Part shown: positions 38,921 to 48,163 of the stretch, in pieces
How positions within the stretch are numbered: the stretch's first letter is position 1
Layout of the letters: every line of letters starts with the position of its first letter
NCBI GenBank assembly: GCA_030606485.1
Contig: JAUWGH010000006.1
Span: forward strand, 135,966-199,965
Direction of reading: 5' to 3'
DNA: 64,000 nt
Source of the DNA: Promethearchaeota archaeon
GTDB lineage: Archaea; Asgardarchaeota; Lokiarchaeia; Sigyniarchaeales; SOKP01
Notes under the pieces: generated by a model
Database searches by the model: none
What the model was told of the DNA's origin: nothing
What the model saw: the letters and a program-made list of their open reading frames with translations, nothing else
Translations under genes and position numbers: made by a program

Positions 38921-39607
38921 ATGAATTTGAAGCTAAAATCGAACTTATCCAGAATTTTTCAAGAGCTTTCAGAAATATCTGATATTTTAAAAGAGGATCT
39001 TTTAAATATTTCCGATAAAACTAGCAAAAAATATAAAAAACTAAATAGATGGCTCGAAAGGCTCAATAATTTTTTATTGAAACATGACAATATCCAGTTA
39101 AATCTGAAAACTTCCCTGGAAAAGAAATTTTCCATAAAATTTAAAAATTCTGATTTGATTACGTTAGCTCTATTTAGACCGAGCACTAAAAATATATTCA
39201 CCGAATTAAGTATTTATTTCCAAGAAGAACATCCTAATTTTCTTAATATTCAACATTTGGGGTATATGTCGAATCTTGGTGATATTGCTGAAGGTTTAGC
39301 TTTACTTGGAGATAGAGCTTTAGATTTAGCAGTAACACATACTCTCTGGGAAAAAGGAATAACAGTTAAAGGAACAATAGATAAAGAGAAAAAAAAATTA
39401 GTAAAAAATTCAAATCTAGCAAAATATTGTGATAGTTTAGACCTATATCATAGTAGGATACATATGGATTTAAATGAAAATAAAACTAAGGTTAAAAAGT
39501 TTGATATTAAAAAAGGAACATTAGTCGAGGCAATAATAGGAATTATTTATTTGGAAAAAGGGGTGCAAGGGGTAATTAATTTTATAAAAAAAATAAAAGG
39601 AAATTAA
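38921..39607 (+). CDS. RNase III-domain protein with a ~110-aa N-terminal extension and no dsRBD
   Basis: IAEGLALLGDRALDLAVTHTLW (nt ~39287-39350) aligns with the RNase III signature ERLEFLGDAVLD. GTLVEAIIGIIYLEKG (nt ~39514-39561) aligns with ADxFEALIGAIYLD. Confidence 0.65.
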   Translation: MNLKLKSNLSRIFQELSEISDILKEDLLNISDKTSKKYKKLNRWLERLNNFLLKHDNIQLNLKTSLEKKFSIKFKNSDLITLALFRPSTKNIFTELSIYFQEEHPNFLNIQHLGYMSNLGDIAEGLALLGDRALDLAVTHTLWEKGITVKGTIDKEKKKLVKNSNLAKYCDSLDLYHSRIHMDLNENKTKVKKFDIKKGTLVEAIIGIIYLEKGVQGVINFIKKIKGN

Positions 39608-39761
39608 GTTTAAATAAATTATAAATTTTTACCAATAGATTGCATATTTTTCTCTCTTTTTCTCATGTAATTTTTCAATATCTTTTCTTAATTCAAATAA
39701 TAAAGATTTATTAGGAAAAAAAAGAATTATTATCAACTTAAAAAAAAAAAGTTGAATTTTT

Positions 39762-41171
39762 ATGAGCAAATCTGAAAATGATATAAAGAAACCAAAATTT
39801 TCATATAAACGCGGGCTTTCCTATAGTATCGGTCAAATGTCAGATATTACCGCATACCAAACCTTTACATTTTTAATATTTACTTTTTACTATGCTGTTG
39901 TTGGAGTAAGCGTAATTTTAATAATGATTGGATTTATAATATGGGCCTTATGGAATAGCTTTAACGATTTTCTTATAGGATATTTATCAGACAGAACACA
40001 TACAAAATGGGGAAGGAGGTATCCTTATATATTGTTTTCAATAATTCCTTTAGCATTAGTAATGTTTTTTCTATTTACACCTCTATTTCCCATAGGTATA
40101 GAAAACCAAATCCCAAACTTTGTATATTTTTTAATAATTATTATTATCTTTGAACTCTTTTTTACAATGTACGACTTAAATTATACTGCACTTTTTCCTG
40201 AACTATTTATAACGCTTGATGAGAGAACAAAAGCCAACAATTTAAGACAGGCATTTGCGATTCTTGGATTAATAATGGCTTTTGTTTTGCCAGGATTGTT
40301 TATTACTGATTATTCTGACCCTCAATCCTTTGGAGAATATCAATTCTTTGGAATAATTATTGCGGTAATTGTTATCATCCCAGGACTCATCTTTCTTAAA
40401 ATAACTCCTAGAGAAAAAGCTGAATTTAAAGAGGATTATAAAAAAACGCCAAGATTCGTTGATTCCCTTAAAACTTGTGTTAAAAGTAAAAGTTTTATGT
40501 GGTACATTCCTGCAGAAGTTGCAAACTGGTTTGTATACGGTATATTACCTGCTATTGTTCCACTATATGGAAAATTCGTCTTAGGAATTACGGATACATT
40601 AATTTTATCTTTATTACTAGGAATTTCATTCATCTCTGCAGCTATTTTTATGACAGTATTATGGAAACCAGTTGTTCAAAAGATTGGACCAAGAAAGTCT
40701 TGGTTAATATCAATGTCAATATGGATAGCAACGCTTATACCTCTATTGTTTATTGGGGATATGATCTCAGGATTAATTGTATTTTTTCTAATGGGTATTG
40801 GCCTATCTGGCTCGCTATATATAATTGATATCATTATTTCTGATATCGTTGATGAAGATGAGATTAACACTGGAATACGTAGAGAAGGAGCATACTACGG
40901 AGCAAATATGTTCCTAATGCACTTATCAACAGTTTTAGTATTTTTAGTAATTGGACCTGTTCTTATTCTTTCTAATTGGGAAGTATTTGATCCTTTAAAT
41001 GTAACCCCGGAGATCATTTTTGGACTTAGAAGTTTAATGGCTATCTTTCCATCAATTGCTTTATTAATTGCTCTTCTTGTTATATATAAATATCCTTTAG
41101 ATGATGAACGGTTAGAACAAGTTAAGCAACAACGTCAAAAATTACACGAAGAAAAGAAATCAAAAATATAA
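39762..41171 (+). CDS. GPH-family (MelB-like) MFS cation symporter
   Basis: 12-TM profile and the GPH motif LSDRTHTKWGRRYPYIL. Confidence 0.8.
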   Translation: MSKSENDIKKPKFSYKRGLSYSIGQMSDITAYQTFTFLIFTFYYAVVGVSVILIMIGFIIWALWNSFNDFLIGYLSDRTHTKWGRRYPYILFSIIPLALVMFFLFTPLFPIGIENQIPNFVYFLIIIIIFELFFTMYDLNYTALFPELFITLDERTKANNLRQAFAILGLIMAFVLPGLFITDYSDPQSFGEYQFFGIIIAVIVIIPGLIFLKITPREKAEFKEDYKKTPRFVDSLKTCVKSKSFMWYIPAEVANWFVYGILPAIVPLYGKFVLGITDTLILSLLLGISFISAAIFMTVLWKPVVQKIGPRKSWLISMSIWIATLIPLLFIGDMISGLIVFFLMGIGLSGSLYIIDIIISDIVDEDEINTGIRREGAYYGANMFLMHLSTVLVFLVIGPVLILSNWEVFDPLNVTPEIIFGLRSLMAIFPSIALLIALLVIYKYPLDDERLEQVKQQRQKLHEEKKSKI

Positions 41172-41251
41172 TAACTTTGATGTATCTTTTACTCTATTAA
41201 TCGAATCGGGTCTATATAATGAAATATTTACCAATTTAAAAAATTCATTTA

Positions 41252-42388
41252 TTATATTTTTTTCCTAAATAACAGTTTTAATCCCATTTTCAAGAGCTTC
41301 CAAAAACCATACTTTTTATATAAAATTCGAATATAAAAATATAGTGTATTTCTTAGTGGAATAAATCTTCTCTTGGTATTATATAGTTGGATTGCCCGTT
41401 CTGGGCATGTTACTACACAAAGACCACACCCGATACATCTTTCTAAATTTATAGTTGATAATTTGTCTTTAATTGTTATTGCTCCCATTTGGCATCGATT
41501 TAAGCATTTTTCACATCCTATACACAATTCCTGGTTTACTTGAGCAAAATAATTGCTATTATATAATTCTGCAGGACGTGGAAATTTTTTAATAGCTTTT
41601 AAGGCAGCACAACAACAACCGCAACAACAACAAATGAATACAGGCTCACGGGAATTTGACGGTTGAAGTACTAATCCTGCAGCTTCGGCTTTATCTAAAA
41701 TTTCAAAACATTCTTTTTTATCGATAGACCGTGCATTTCCTCGTCCAATATATCTCTGAGCTGTCCCACGAAATGTTATGCATACCTCAAGAATATCAGT
41801 GTGTTTACATTTCTCTCCGATAAGATTGCTGCCCGTTCTACAAATGCAATCCATCACAGCAATAGATCCATCATAACGTTCCACATAATATCTTATATCA
41901 TCATATGTACCAACATTATGTCCTGGAGTAAGACTTTTTTCAACTGGAATGGTCCTAACTTGGGGCATATCATATGGAACTATTTCTTTATAGAATATCT
42001 CATTCTCATATTGATTAAAATATTCCATAAATTCTTTGGTAAGTCGTCCAAGTTGGAGTTCATAAATTCCAACTAAAAATTGAGGTTTTGAATACTTTTT
42101 ATTACCTTTTATACTTGAAAAAATAGCTCCTTTTTCATCTAAACGATTCAAAATTCTATCTAATTTAGATTTTGAGATCCCTTTTTTCTTCATTCGCTTT
42201 TGAAGATGTTTAGATGATTCTTTCATCATACTTAAGTGGGTTACAATTTCTGCTTCTTCTGGAGTGTAAAGATATTTTAATAAACGAATTTCTATACCTG
42301 ATTGTGTTGCAGGAAATCCTGAGGGCATTTTGTCAAGCTCTAATTGTAATTTTCTATAAACGTTTTCTTCTTTACTCAATATTTTCAC
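41252..42388 (-). CDS. Cys-rich Fe-S protein: N-terminal helical domain, CCCCGCCC motif, C-terminal 2x[4Fe-4S] ferredoxin domain
   Basis: VFICCCCGCCCAALKAI (nt ~41605-41635). Ferredoxin motifs CIGCEKCLNRCQ and CIGCGLCVVTCP. C-terminal amphipathic or TM tail. Confidence 0.7.
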   Translation of the reverse strand: MKILSKEENVYRKLQLELDKMPSGFPATQSGIEIRLLKYLYTPEEAEIVTHLSMMKESSKHLQKRMKKKGISKSKLDRILNRLDEKGAIFSSIKGNKKYSKPQFLVGIYELQLGRLTKEFMEYFNQYENEIFYKEIVPYDMPQVRTIPVEKSLTPGHNVGTYDDIRYYVERYDGSIAVMDCICRTGSNLIGEKCKHTDILEVCITFRGTAQRYIGRGNARSIDKKECFEILDKAEAAGLVLQPSNSREPVFICCCCGCCCAALKAIKKFPRPAELYNSNYFAQVNQELCIGCEKCLNRCQMGAITIKDKLSTINLERCIGCGLCVVTCPERAIQLYNTKRRFIPLRNTLYFYIRILYKKYGFWKLLKMGLKLLFRKKI

Positions 42389-42461
42389 TTTTTTCTGTCA
42401 TCTTTTCAATTAACTATCATTTTTTTTATTTTATTATTAAGTTATTTCAAAGGTAAATTTT

Positions 42462-43628
42462 TTAAATCGGATATTTACCGTATTTTCGCACCGTCTCTTG
42501 CATTGCAAGAAAATTCTCTAATTTAATTGCTGGATTAATACTATGACCAGAACTCAAAATAAATCCTCCCCCAGGAGCAATCTCATCAACTAATTTTCTA
42601 ACATAATTGCGGATATATTCCGAATCTTTATTTGCAAGATCCATCGGACTTACATTTCCAATGAAAGAAATTTTATCTCCATATTTTTTATTCAATTTGA
42701 AAATATCATATTCAGGATTAGCAGTTGTGGGCTCAAGAGGATGAATTGCATCTACGCCGCATTTAATAATATCCTCAAAAATTTGATAAACATCTCCGCA
42801 ACTATGTAAAATTAATTTTAACCCACCTTTATGAGCCGTTTTACAAATCTGTTCTAACCAAGGAAGCACATATTTTCGATAATTTCTAGGGCTCATTAAT
42901 AATCCCGCTTTATATCCATAATCATCACCAACTAAAATTGAGCCTGTTTCGCCCCAATCAATAATCCGTTTTACCATTTCAATAGCAAATTTTCCTCTAT
43001 CATCAAATACTTTTTTTATTTGTTTTTGCCTTGCTAATAATCTACTAAAATTCTCCAACCCAAACCCTTGCCATGTGGGCTCCATCATTCCAAAAATACT
43101 TGGAATAAAATAAACTTTTTTCTTATATTTCTTTTCCATTTCTTTTGCCATTTTAAAAACTGTTTCTCTGACCGGGTTATCAGGATTTAAAGGTGGAAAT
43201 GATTCATAATCCTCAAAATTTTTTAAAGTACCACCCATATAATAAAGAATATCCATGTTATCGGAAGGATTTTTTTTAATATGTAAGAGTCTGCCAGTTT
43301 CATCAATGAATCCATTTTTCTCATAATAAAGAGGATAATATCCTAACCATAATGAACCAAGGTCTAATCCGATTTTTTTATAAAGTTCCATCGCTGGTTT
43401 TACAGCAACTCCCGGTTTTGAAAATTTATTACTAAATTTTGTTAAAAGAGTTTTATTTCCAAGCAATATATAGTATATTCTCTTGAGTAATTTCCCTGTT
43501 CCTTGAAATCCATACTTAACGTCAAAATAAGAACATATTTTCAGATTATCTATTGATATCTCAAAAGTTGGAACACGATCTGGCTCTTCATGATTTATAG
43601 CTGTCAGCATTCTCTCTTGAGCATTCAT
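42462..43628 (-). CDS. Uroporphyrinogen-decarboxylase (URO-D) / MtaA-like family protein
   Basis: N-terminal ERMLTAINHEEPDRVPTFE, and LHSCGDVYQIFEDII..GVDAIHPLEP, typical of the URO-D/methyltransferase TIM-barrel family. Confidence 0.7.
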   Translation of the reverse strand: MNAQERMLTAINHEEPDRVPTFEISIDNLKICSYFDVKYGFQGTGKLLKRIYYILLGNKTLLTKFSNKFSKPGVAVKPAMELYKKIGLDLGSLWLGYYPLYYEKNGFIDETGRLLHIKKNPSDNMDILYYMGGTLKNFEDYESFPPLNPDNPVRETVFKMAKEMEKKYKKKVYFIPSIFGMMEPTWQGFGLENFSRLLARQKQIKKVFDDRGKFAIEMVKRIIDWGETGSILVGDDYGYKAGLLMSPRNYRKYVLPWLEQICKTAHKGGLKLILHSCGDVYQIFEDIIKCGVDAIHPLEPTTANPEYDIFKLNKKYGDKISFIGNVSPMDLANKDSEYIRNYVRKLVDEIAPGGGFILSSGHSINPAIKLENFLAMQETVRKYGKYPI

Positions 43629-43780
43629 ATTAATCTAATAACACCTTTTATTTTTTAATTTTTTTAGATAAAAATTATAGGGATTCACTGAGAGATAAAA
43701 ATTGAAATAAAATCCTAGGTAAAATTAATATTATTAATGAAAGAAAAAAAATAATTTAAATTAAAGATTTAAATTTTAGA

Positions 43781-45193
43781 TTAGGTTAGTTTTTCTCTCT
43801 TTTCTGCATGTAATTTTTCAAGATCTAATTTTATTTGGTCATATTTTTCCTTAGTTATCGGAAATTGACTCATTGATATTATTCCAATTCCTAAGGCAAT
43901 CGCTGGAAAGATACACATTAAGCTTCGAAGTCCGAAAATTGTCTCTTCTGTCACAACGGCGGGGTCAAAAACTGCCCATCCAACACTTGTAAAAACTATA
44001 CTAATAGTTACCATTATGAAAATCGTTGAAAATCTGATAACCAAGGCATTAATTCCATAATAACCCCCTTCTCGACGAACTCCTGTTTTTAATTCATCAT
44101 CATCCACAATCGCGCAAATAAGAAGATCATTGAATGTAATTGCACCAGAAAGCCCTATTCCTAAGATAAAAAAAGCTATATAAGCCATAATTGTATCAGA
44201 AATGAACATGAGCGGAAAAAGTGTAATAATAAAAGTTGCAGCAGATATTATTGCTGCTCTTTTGACCCCAGCTTTAACAGCAACGTAACGCCATAAAACA
44301 GTAAATATTGCTGCAGAAAGGAATGCTACGCCCAAAAGCAAACCTAATTCAAATGCGTCTTTTTCAATATCCAAAACAAATCTTCCAAAAAGTGGCACCA
44401 TTGTCGGCAACATTCCAAAAACATACCATGTTGCTAATCCATAAATAACATATGCTCGAAAAGACTTGTTCTTCAAAGAAATTTTTAATGATTTAAAAAA
44501 TGGTGGGGCTGTTTTAGCGTCTTCAGAAAATTCTACTCTTTCTCTAATTCCAAATTTTATGAAAATTATTCCTACAATGGCCATCAAAATCGCTATAACA
44601 ATACCAGCAGAGATATATTCACTTAAATAAACCTCTGTTGGTAATCCTGAAACATTCATATTCGGAATTAAAAATGTTGGTAAAATAAAAGCAAAAATTA
44701 AACAAAATACAGTAACAATTTGCCTAATCATTTGAGCTTTTGCTCTATGTTCTATATTTTGGAAAATTTCAGGAAATAGCGATATATTGTTTAACGAAAA
44801 CATTGTATAAAAAGTGTCGAATAAACAAATTATAACGAGAAAATATATAAAAGAGCTAACAACATTATCCGTAGGCGGAGTGAATAGCAATATCATAATA
44901 ATACATAATGGACCCAGACCAGCGACAATATAGGGTTTTCTTTTTCCCCACCTTGTTTTTGTACGATCTGATAGAGCGCCCATTAATGGATCATTAATAG
45001 CATTCCAGATACTCCAAATAATGAAACCGATGGTAATTGGAAGTACTTCTTTTATTACTACAGTAAAATAGAAGGTAAAAATTAAAAATGTAAACGTCTG
45101 GTATGATAATTGGTCAGGGAACTGTCCGATATTATATGCTATCGCAAATTTAGTCGAAAATTTCTCATCTTTCTCTATATTGTTTTTACTCAT
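43781..45193 (-). CDS. GPH-family MFS cation symporter (paralog of 39762..41171)
   Basis: GPH motif LSDRTKTRWGKRKPYIV. Collinear similarity to the other transporter from the N-terminus (YQTFTFLIFTFY) to the C-terminus (KLHxEK). Confidence 0.8.
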   Translation of the reverse strand: MSKNNIEKDEKFSTKFAIAYNIGQFPDQLSYQTFTFLIFTFYFTVVIKEVLPITIGFIIWSIWNAINDPLMGALSDRTKTRWGKRKPYIVAGLGPLCIIMILLFTPPTDNVVSSFIYFLVIICLFDTFYTMFSLNNISLFPEIFQNIEHRAKAQMIRQIVTVFCLIFAFILPTFLIPNMNVSGLPTEVYLSEYISAGIVIAILMAIVGIIFIKFGIRERVEFSEDAKTAPPFFKSLKISLKNKSFRAYVIYGLATWYVFGMLPTMVPLFGRFVLDIEKDAFELGLLLGVAFLSAAIFTVLWRYVAVKAGVKRAAIISAATFIITLFPLMFISDTIMAYIAFFILGIGLSGAITFNDLLICAIVDDDELKTGVRREGGYYGINALVIRFSTIFIMVTISIVFTSVGWAVFDPAVVTEETIFGLRSLMCIFPAIALGIGIISMSQFPITKEKYDQIKLDLEKLHAEKREKLT

Positions 45194-45358
45194 TTTTTAT
45201 CATTTTTTATCAATTTTTTTTTAATTAAAAATTGTTAAATTTAATTTTAATTCATTTTTTTTATATTTATGCAATGATATTGTTGTGATTCTTTATATAA
45301 TGTATAATCTAATATACAAATTGAAAACTTTTTTTTTGAAAAAAAAAGAGGACATATC

Positions 45359-47419
45359 TTGACTAAAAAAATTCAACTCTATATAATCTTAACAATTGCT
45401 ATAATTGCTTATTTTCTTATCGAATCTTTTTATAACACATGTTTATCTCTTAGTTGGATGGTGTTTTCAAAATTAGATGAGCTTGAACTTATCCTTCCTT
45501 GGTTGTTGATATCTATTATTGTTATTTCTATCGAAATCATAATATTATGCTTTAATATTATTAAAGAGAATTGTAAAATATATTGTCTTTTATATATTAT
45601 TATTGGACTCCGCCTATTTACTCAATTTTTTATTAGTGCTGAAATTTCTATGGTATTCAATTTAATCTTATTATTTTCCATATTGATTTTCTTTTTAGAA
45701 CTTTTTTTCTTAAACGGGAAAGTAGAATTCTTAAATGACTACCAACTGATAATTGGTGGGATAATTTTAGGAATTGGCATTCAATTTATATTTTTAATTA
45801 TTAATATTTCCTCAAATTTAAGCACAGAATTTTTCAAATTACCTTTTACTTTTGGTTTCGCCGCTTTATTATTTTATACTAATTATTTAATATTTCGACC
45901 AAAAAATTTGGATAATGGAACAATTAAGATTGAAAACCAAAATAATTTAACATCTCGTAAGCAAATTGGCTTATTGCATTTCTTTTTAACTGGTGTATTA
46001 TTTATCTTAGCCATCACTTGGATAATAAATCCTATGGCTTTATCATCCTATGATATATTAAATATGAGTTATAACGGATTAACACCAAACCTAATATTGC
46101 AATGGAACTCCTATGGATTTAATTATTATATTTTTGTTATTCAAATTACCGGAACGATTAGTTTCTTTTTGATTCAAAAGATATTTTTGAAAACCAATAA
46201 AAATTCCTTGAAATTAACACTTCTTATTTCAAATGGTATTCTATGCGCTCTTAATTGTTTTGCTCTTTTCATAATTGAACAAGATAACACTATTTTTTCA
46301 ACGATTTATTTGACTATCTTGACCATTATAAGCATTTTTTCAATTCTTTTATATATTTCATATTTAATTCATCATTATTCATGGCCCTCACGATATAAAA
46401 CATATCTTGGTTTTGGTATTTTTGTTTTTAGCGTATTACTTTCAATAATGATTGAATACTTACTCTGTTGGAGGTTTTACTTTTCTTTACCTTTATCAAT
46501 TATGATTTTCTCCCTGATGTATTTTGGATTCTTTTCAATTGTTGAATTAAGGAAATACAGTGAAACTCTAAGAATAAAACCACATATTACTAATTTAAAT
46601 AAATTTTGGGGAATCTTGTTTTCGATTATGTTTATTTTAATTCTTATTTCTTTTGGATTTGTAGTAATCACTCGCAAAATAGAACCAGAACCCAGCGGAA
46701 ATCCAACATTAATGACTTGGAATATCCATAATGCTGTTGGAATGGATGATAAATTTGATATTGACCGTATTATACATGAGATAAAATTAAATGATCCTGA
46801 TATCCTAGCATTAAATGAGGTAGATTTAGGGTCGATACAAACGTCCTTTGCAGATATTACTTCATACATCGCTCATAAGTTAAATATGTACTTCTACTAT
46901 GGACCAACATTTTTTAAACACTATGGAAATGCTATACTTAGTAAATATCCCTTCTTGGAGGCTGAAACATTTCCTATTCCTCGTGTAGTTGCTGGTTCAG
47001 AACCAAGAGCAGTAATACGAGCAAAATTTCTGATAAATTCCCAGATTTGGACAATCTATGTTACTCATTTATCAACTAAACATCAGGATCGTCTTGCTCA
47101 AGTATCTTACAACTATTCAGATTCAATTGTCTCAATAATTGCTGATAATAACTTCGAACGAGTCGTGTGGATGGGGGATTTTAATTTTGGTCCAACATCC
47201 GAGGAATATTCCATATTAAATTTAAGTGAATCAATTAAATTTATTGATACACACCAATTTTTAGCTACAATTCCAGAATACACTGGAAGCTTTGATGATA
47301 ATTACCAACCAACTCGTAGAATTGATTATATTATGTGTTCTCCAGATTTAATCCCAACGGAAAGTGAAGTAATTTGCTCTATTGGTTCAGATCATTGTGC
47401 TGTATTAACTAAATTTTAA
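45359..47419 (+). CDS. Polytopic membrane domain (~440 aa) fused to a C-terminal EEP domain
   Basis: TTG start. EEP motifs WNIHN, LNEVD, GNAILS, VTHL, GDFNF, RIDYI, SDHCAV. Confidence 0.8.
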   Translation: MTKKIQLYIILTIAIIAYFLIESFYNTCLSLSWMVFSKLDELELILPWLLISIIVISIEIIILCFNIIKENCKIYCLLYIIIGLRLFTQFFISAEISMVFNLILLFSILIFFLELFFLNGKVEFLNDYQLIIGGIILGIGIQFIFLIINISSNLSTEFFKLPFTFGFAALLFYTNYLIFRPKNLDNGTIKIENQNNLTSRKQIGLLHFFLTGVLFILAITWIINPMALSSYDILNMSYNGLTPNLILQWNSYGFNYYIFVIQITGTISFFLIQKIFLKTNKNSLKLTLLISNGILCALNCFALFIIEQDNTIFSTIYLTILTIISIFSILLYISYLIHHYSWPSRYKTYLGFGIFVFSVLLSIMIEYLLCWRFYFSLPLSIMIFSLMYFGFFSIVELRKYSETLRIKPHITNLNKFWGILFSIMFILILISFGFVVITRKIEPEPSGNPTLMTWNIHNAVGMDDKFDIDRIIHEIKLNDPDILALNEVDLGSIQTSFADITSYIAHKLNMYFYYGPTFFKHYGNAILSKYPFLEAETFPIPRVVAGSEPRAVIRAKFLINSQIWTIYVTHLSTKHQDRLAQVSYNYSDSIVSIIADNNFERVVWMGDFNFGPTSEEYSILNLSESIKFIDTHQFLATIPEYTGSFDDNYQPTRRIDYIMCSPDLIPTESEVICSIGSDHCAVLTKF

Positions 47420-47430
47420 TTTTTTTTTTT
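47420..47430 (+). terminator. Oligo-T tract (11 T) immediately after the stop codon; candidate archaeal intrinsic terminator
   Basis: The sequence reads TAA then TTTTTTTTTTT at 47420-47430. Archaeal RNA polymerase terminates at oligo-T tracts (established knowledge). Confidence 0.4.
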
Positions 47431-47491
47431 CCCAACCTAATTTTTTCCTAATAAAAATAGATTTTTATAGAGAAATTAGGACTATAACATT

Positions 47492-47851
47492 ATGATTGAA
47501 TTTCCAGAAAAAATTCTTGATGAGTTAGTAAATTTAAAATCTGAATTAGAAAAAATTGAGAGTAAGTTAGACAGTATAATTGAGAATGTTAAATCTTCAA
47601 GTGCTAAAAGTCCCAGTGTTACACCAACCACTGAAACTGTTGAGATGAGAAAACCTTCTCAAGTTGTTGAGGAGCAAGAAGCTAAAGAAAAAGTTGAAGA
47701 AAAACCAGTTGAAGGAAGGATTAGATGCCCCCAGTGTGATTCACTACAATTTTCTGAAGTTGAGAATAGAAATAAAGTGTTATACTATCAAAGTGGCGCA
47801 CCAATATACGCTAAGAAAAAGGTTTGCCGAAAATGTGGAGAAGAATTTTAA
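47492..47851 (+). CDS. Coiled-coil plus C-terminal zinc-ribbon protein
   Basis: CPQCDS...CRKCGEEF, with an N-terminal heptad-like segment. Confidence 0.5.
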   Translation: MIEFPEKILDELVNLKSELEKIESKLDSIIENVKSSSAKSPSVTPTTETVEMRKPSQVVEEQEAKEKVEEKPVEGRIRCPQCDSLQFSEVENRNKVLYYQSGAPIYAKKKVCRKCGEEF

Positions 47852-48163
47852 GAAAAAATCTTTTTATTTTATTTCTCTTTTAAACTATACTTCAAATCTC
47901 AGAAAAAAAAGAATTTTTAGCAGTGTTTTGAGTTTTTATTGTATCAACTGTTCGTTGAAATTTTATAAAAATCTTTAAAAGCCCATAAAAATCAAAAAAT
48001 CATACCTCTTGCTGTTTTTAAAATTTTATAAAATTAATTAACACTAATACCTTTATTTCTTTATTTGCGTTATAAATTCAGAGCGATTGTTGGGAACTGG
48101 AGTTATTAAAAGAAGAGTTAGAAAATTCTAAATTTAAATAAAAGTATTTTAAAGAATTATAAA

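Noticed and set aside
47664-47978. 104-aa ORF overlapping the 3' end of the zinc-ribbon gene and running into intergenic DNA.
   Set aside because: It is in an alternative frame of a better-supported gene. Its Lys/Leu-rich, low-complexity translation continues through an obviously non-coding AT-rich tract.
47950-48060. AT-only palindromes, for example AATTTTATAAAATT near 48020, and the repeated word AAATTTTATAAAA, left of the TnpB-like gene as possible IS-end hairpins.
   Set aside because: Short A/T palindromes are expected by chance at this base composition. There is no matching structure at the right end, so they cannot be distinguished from background.
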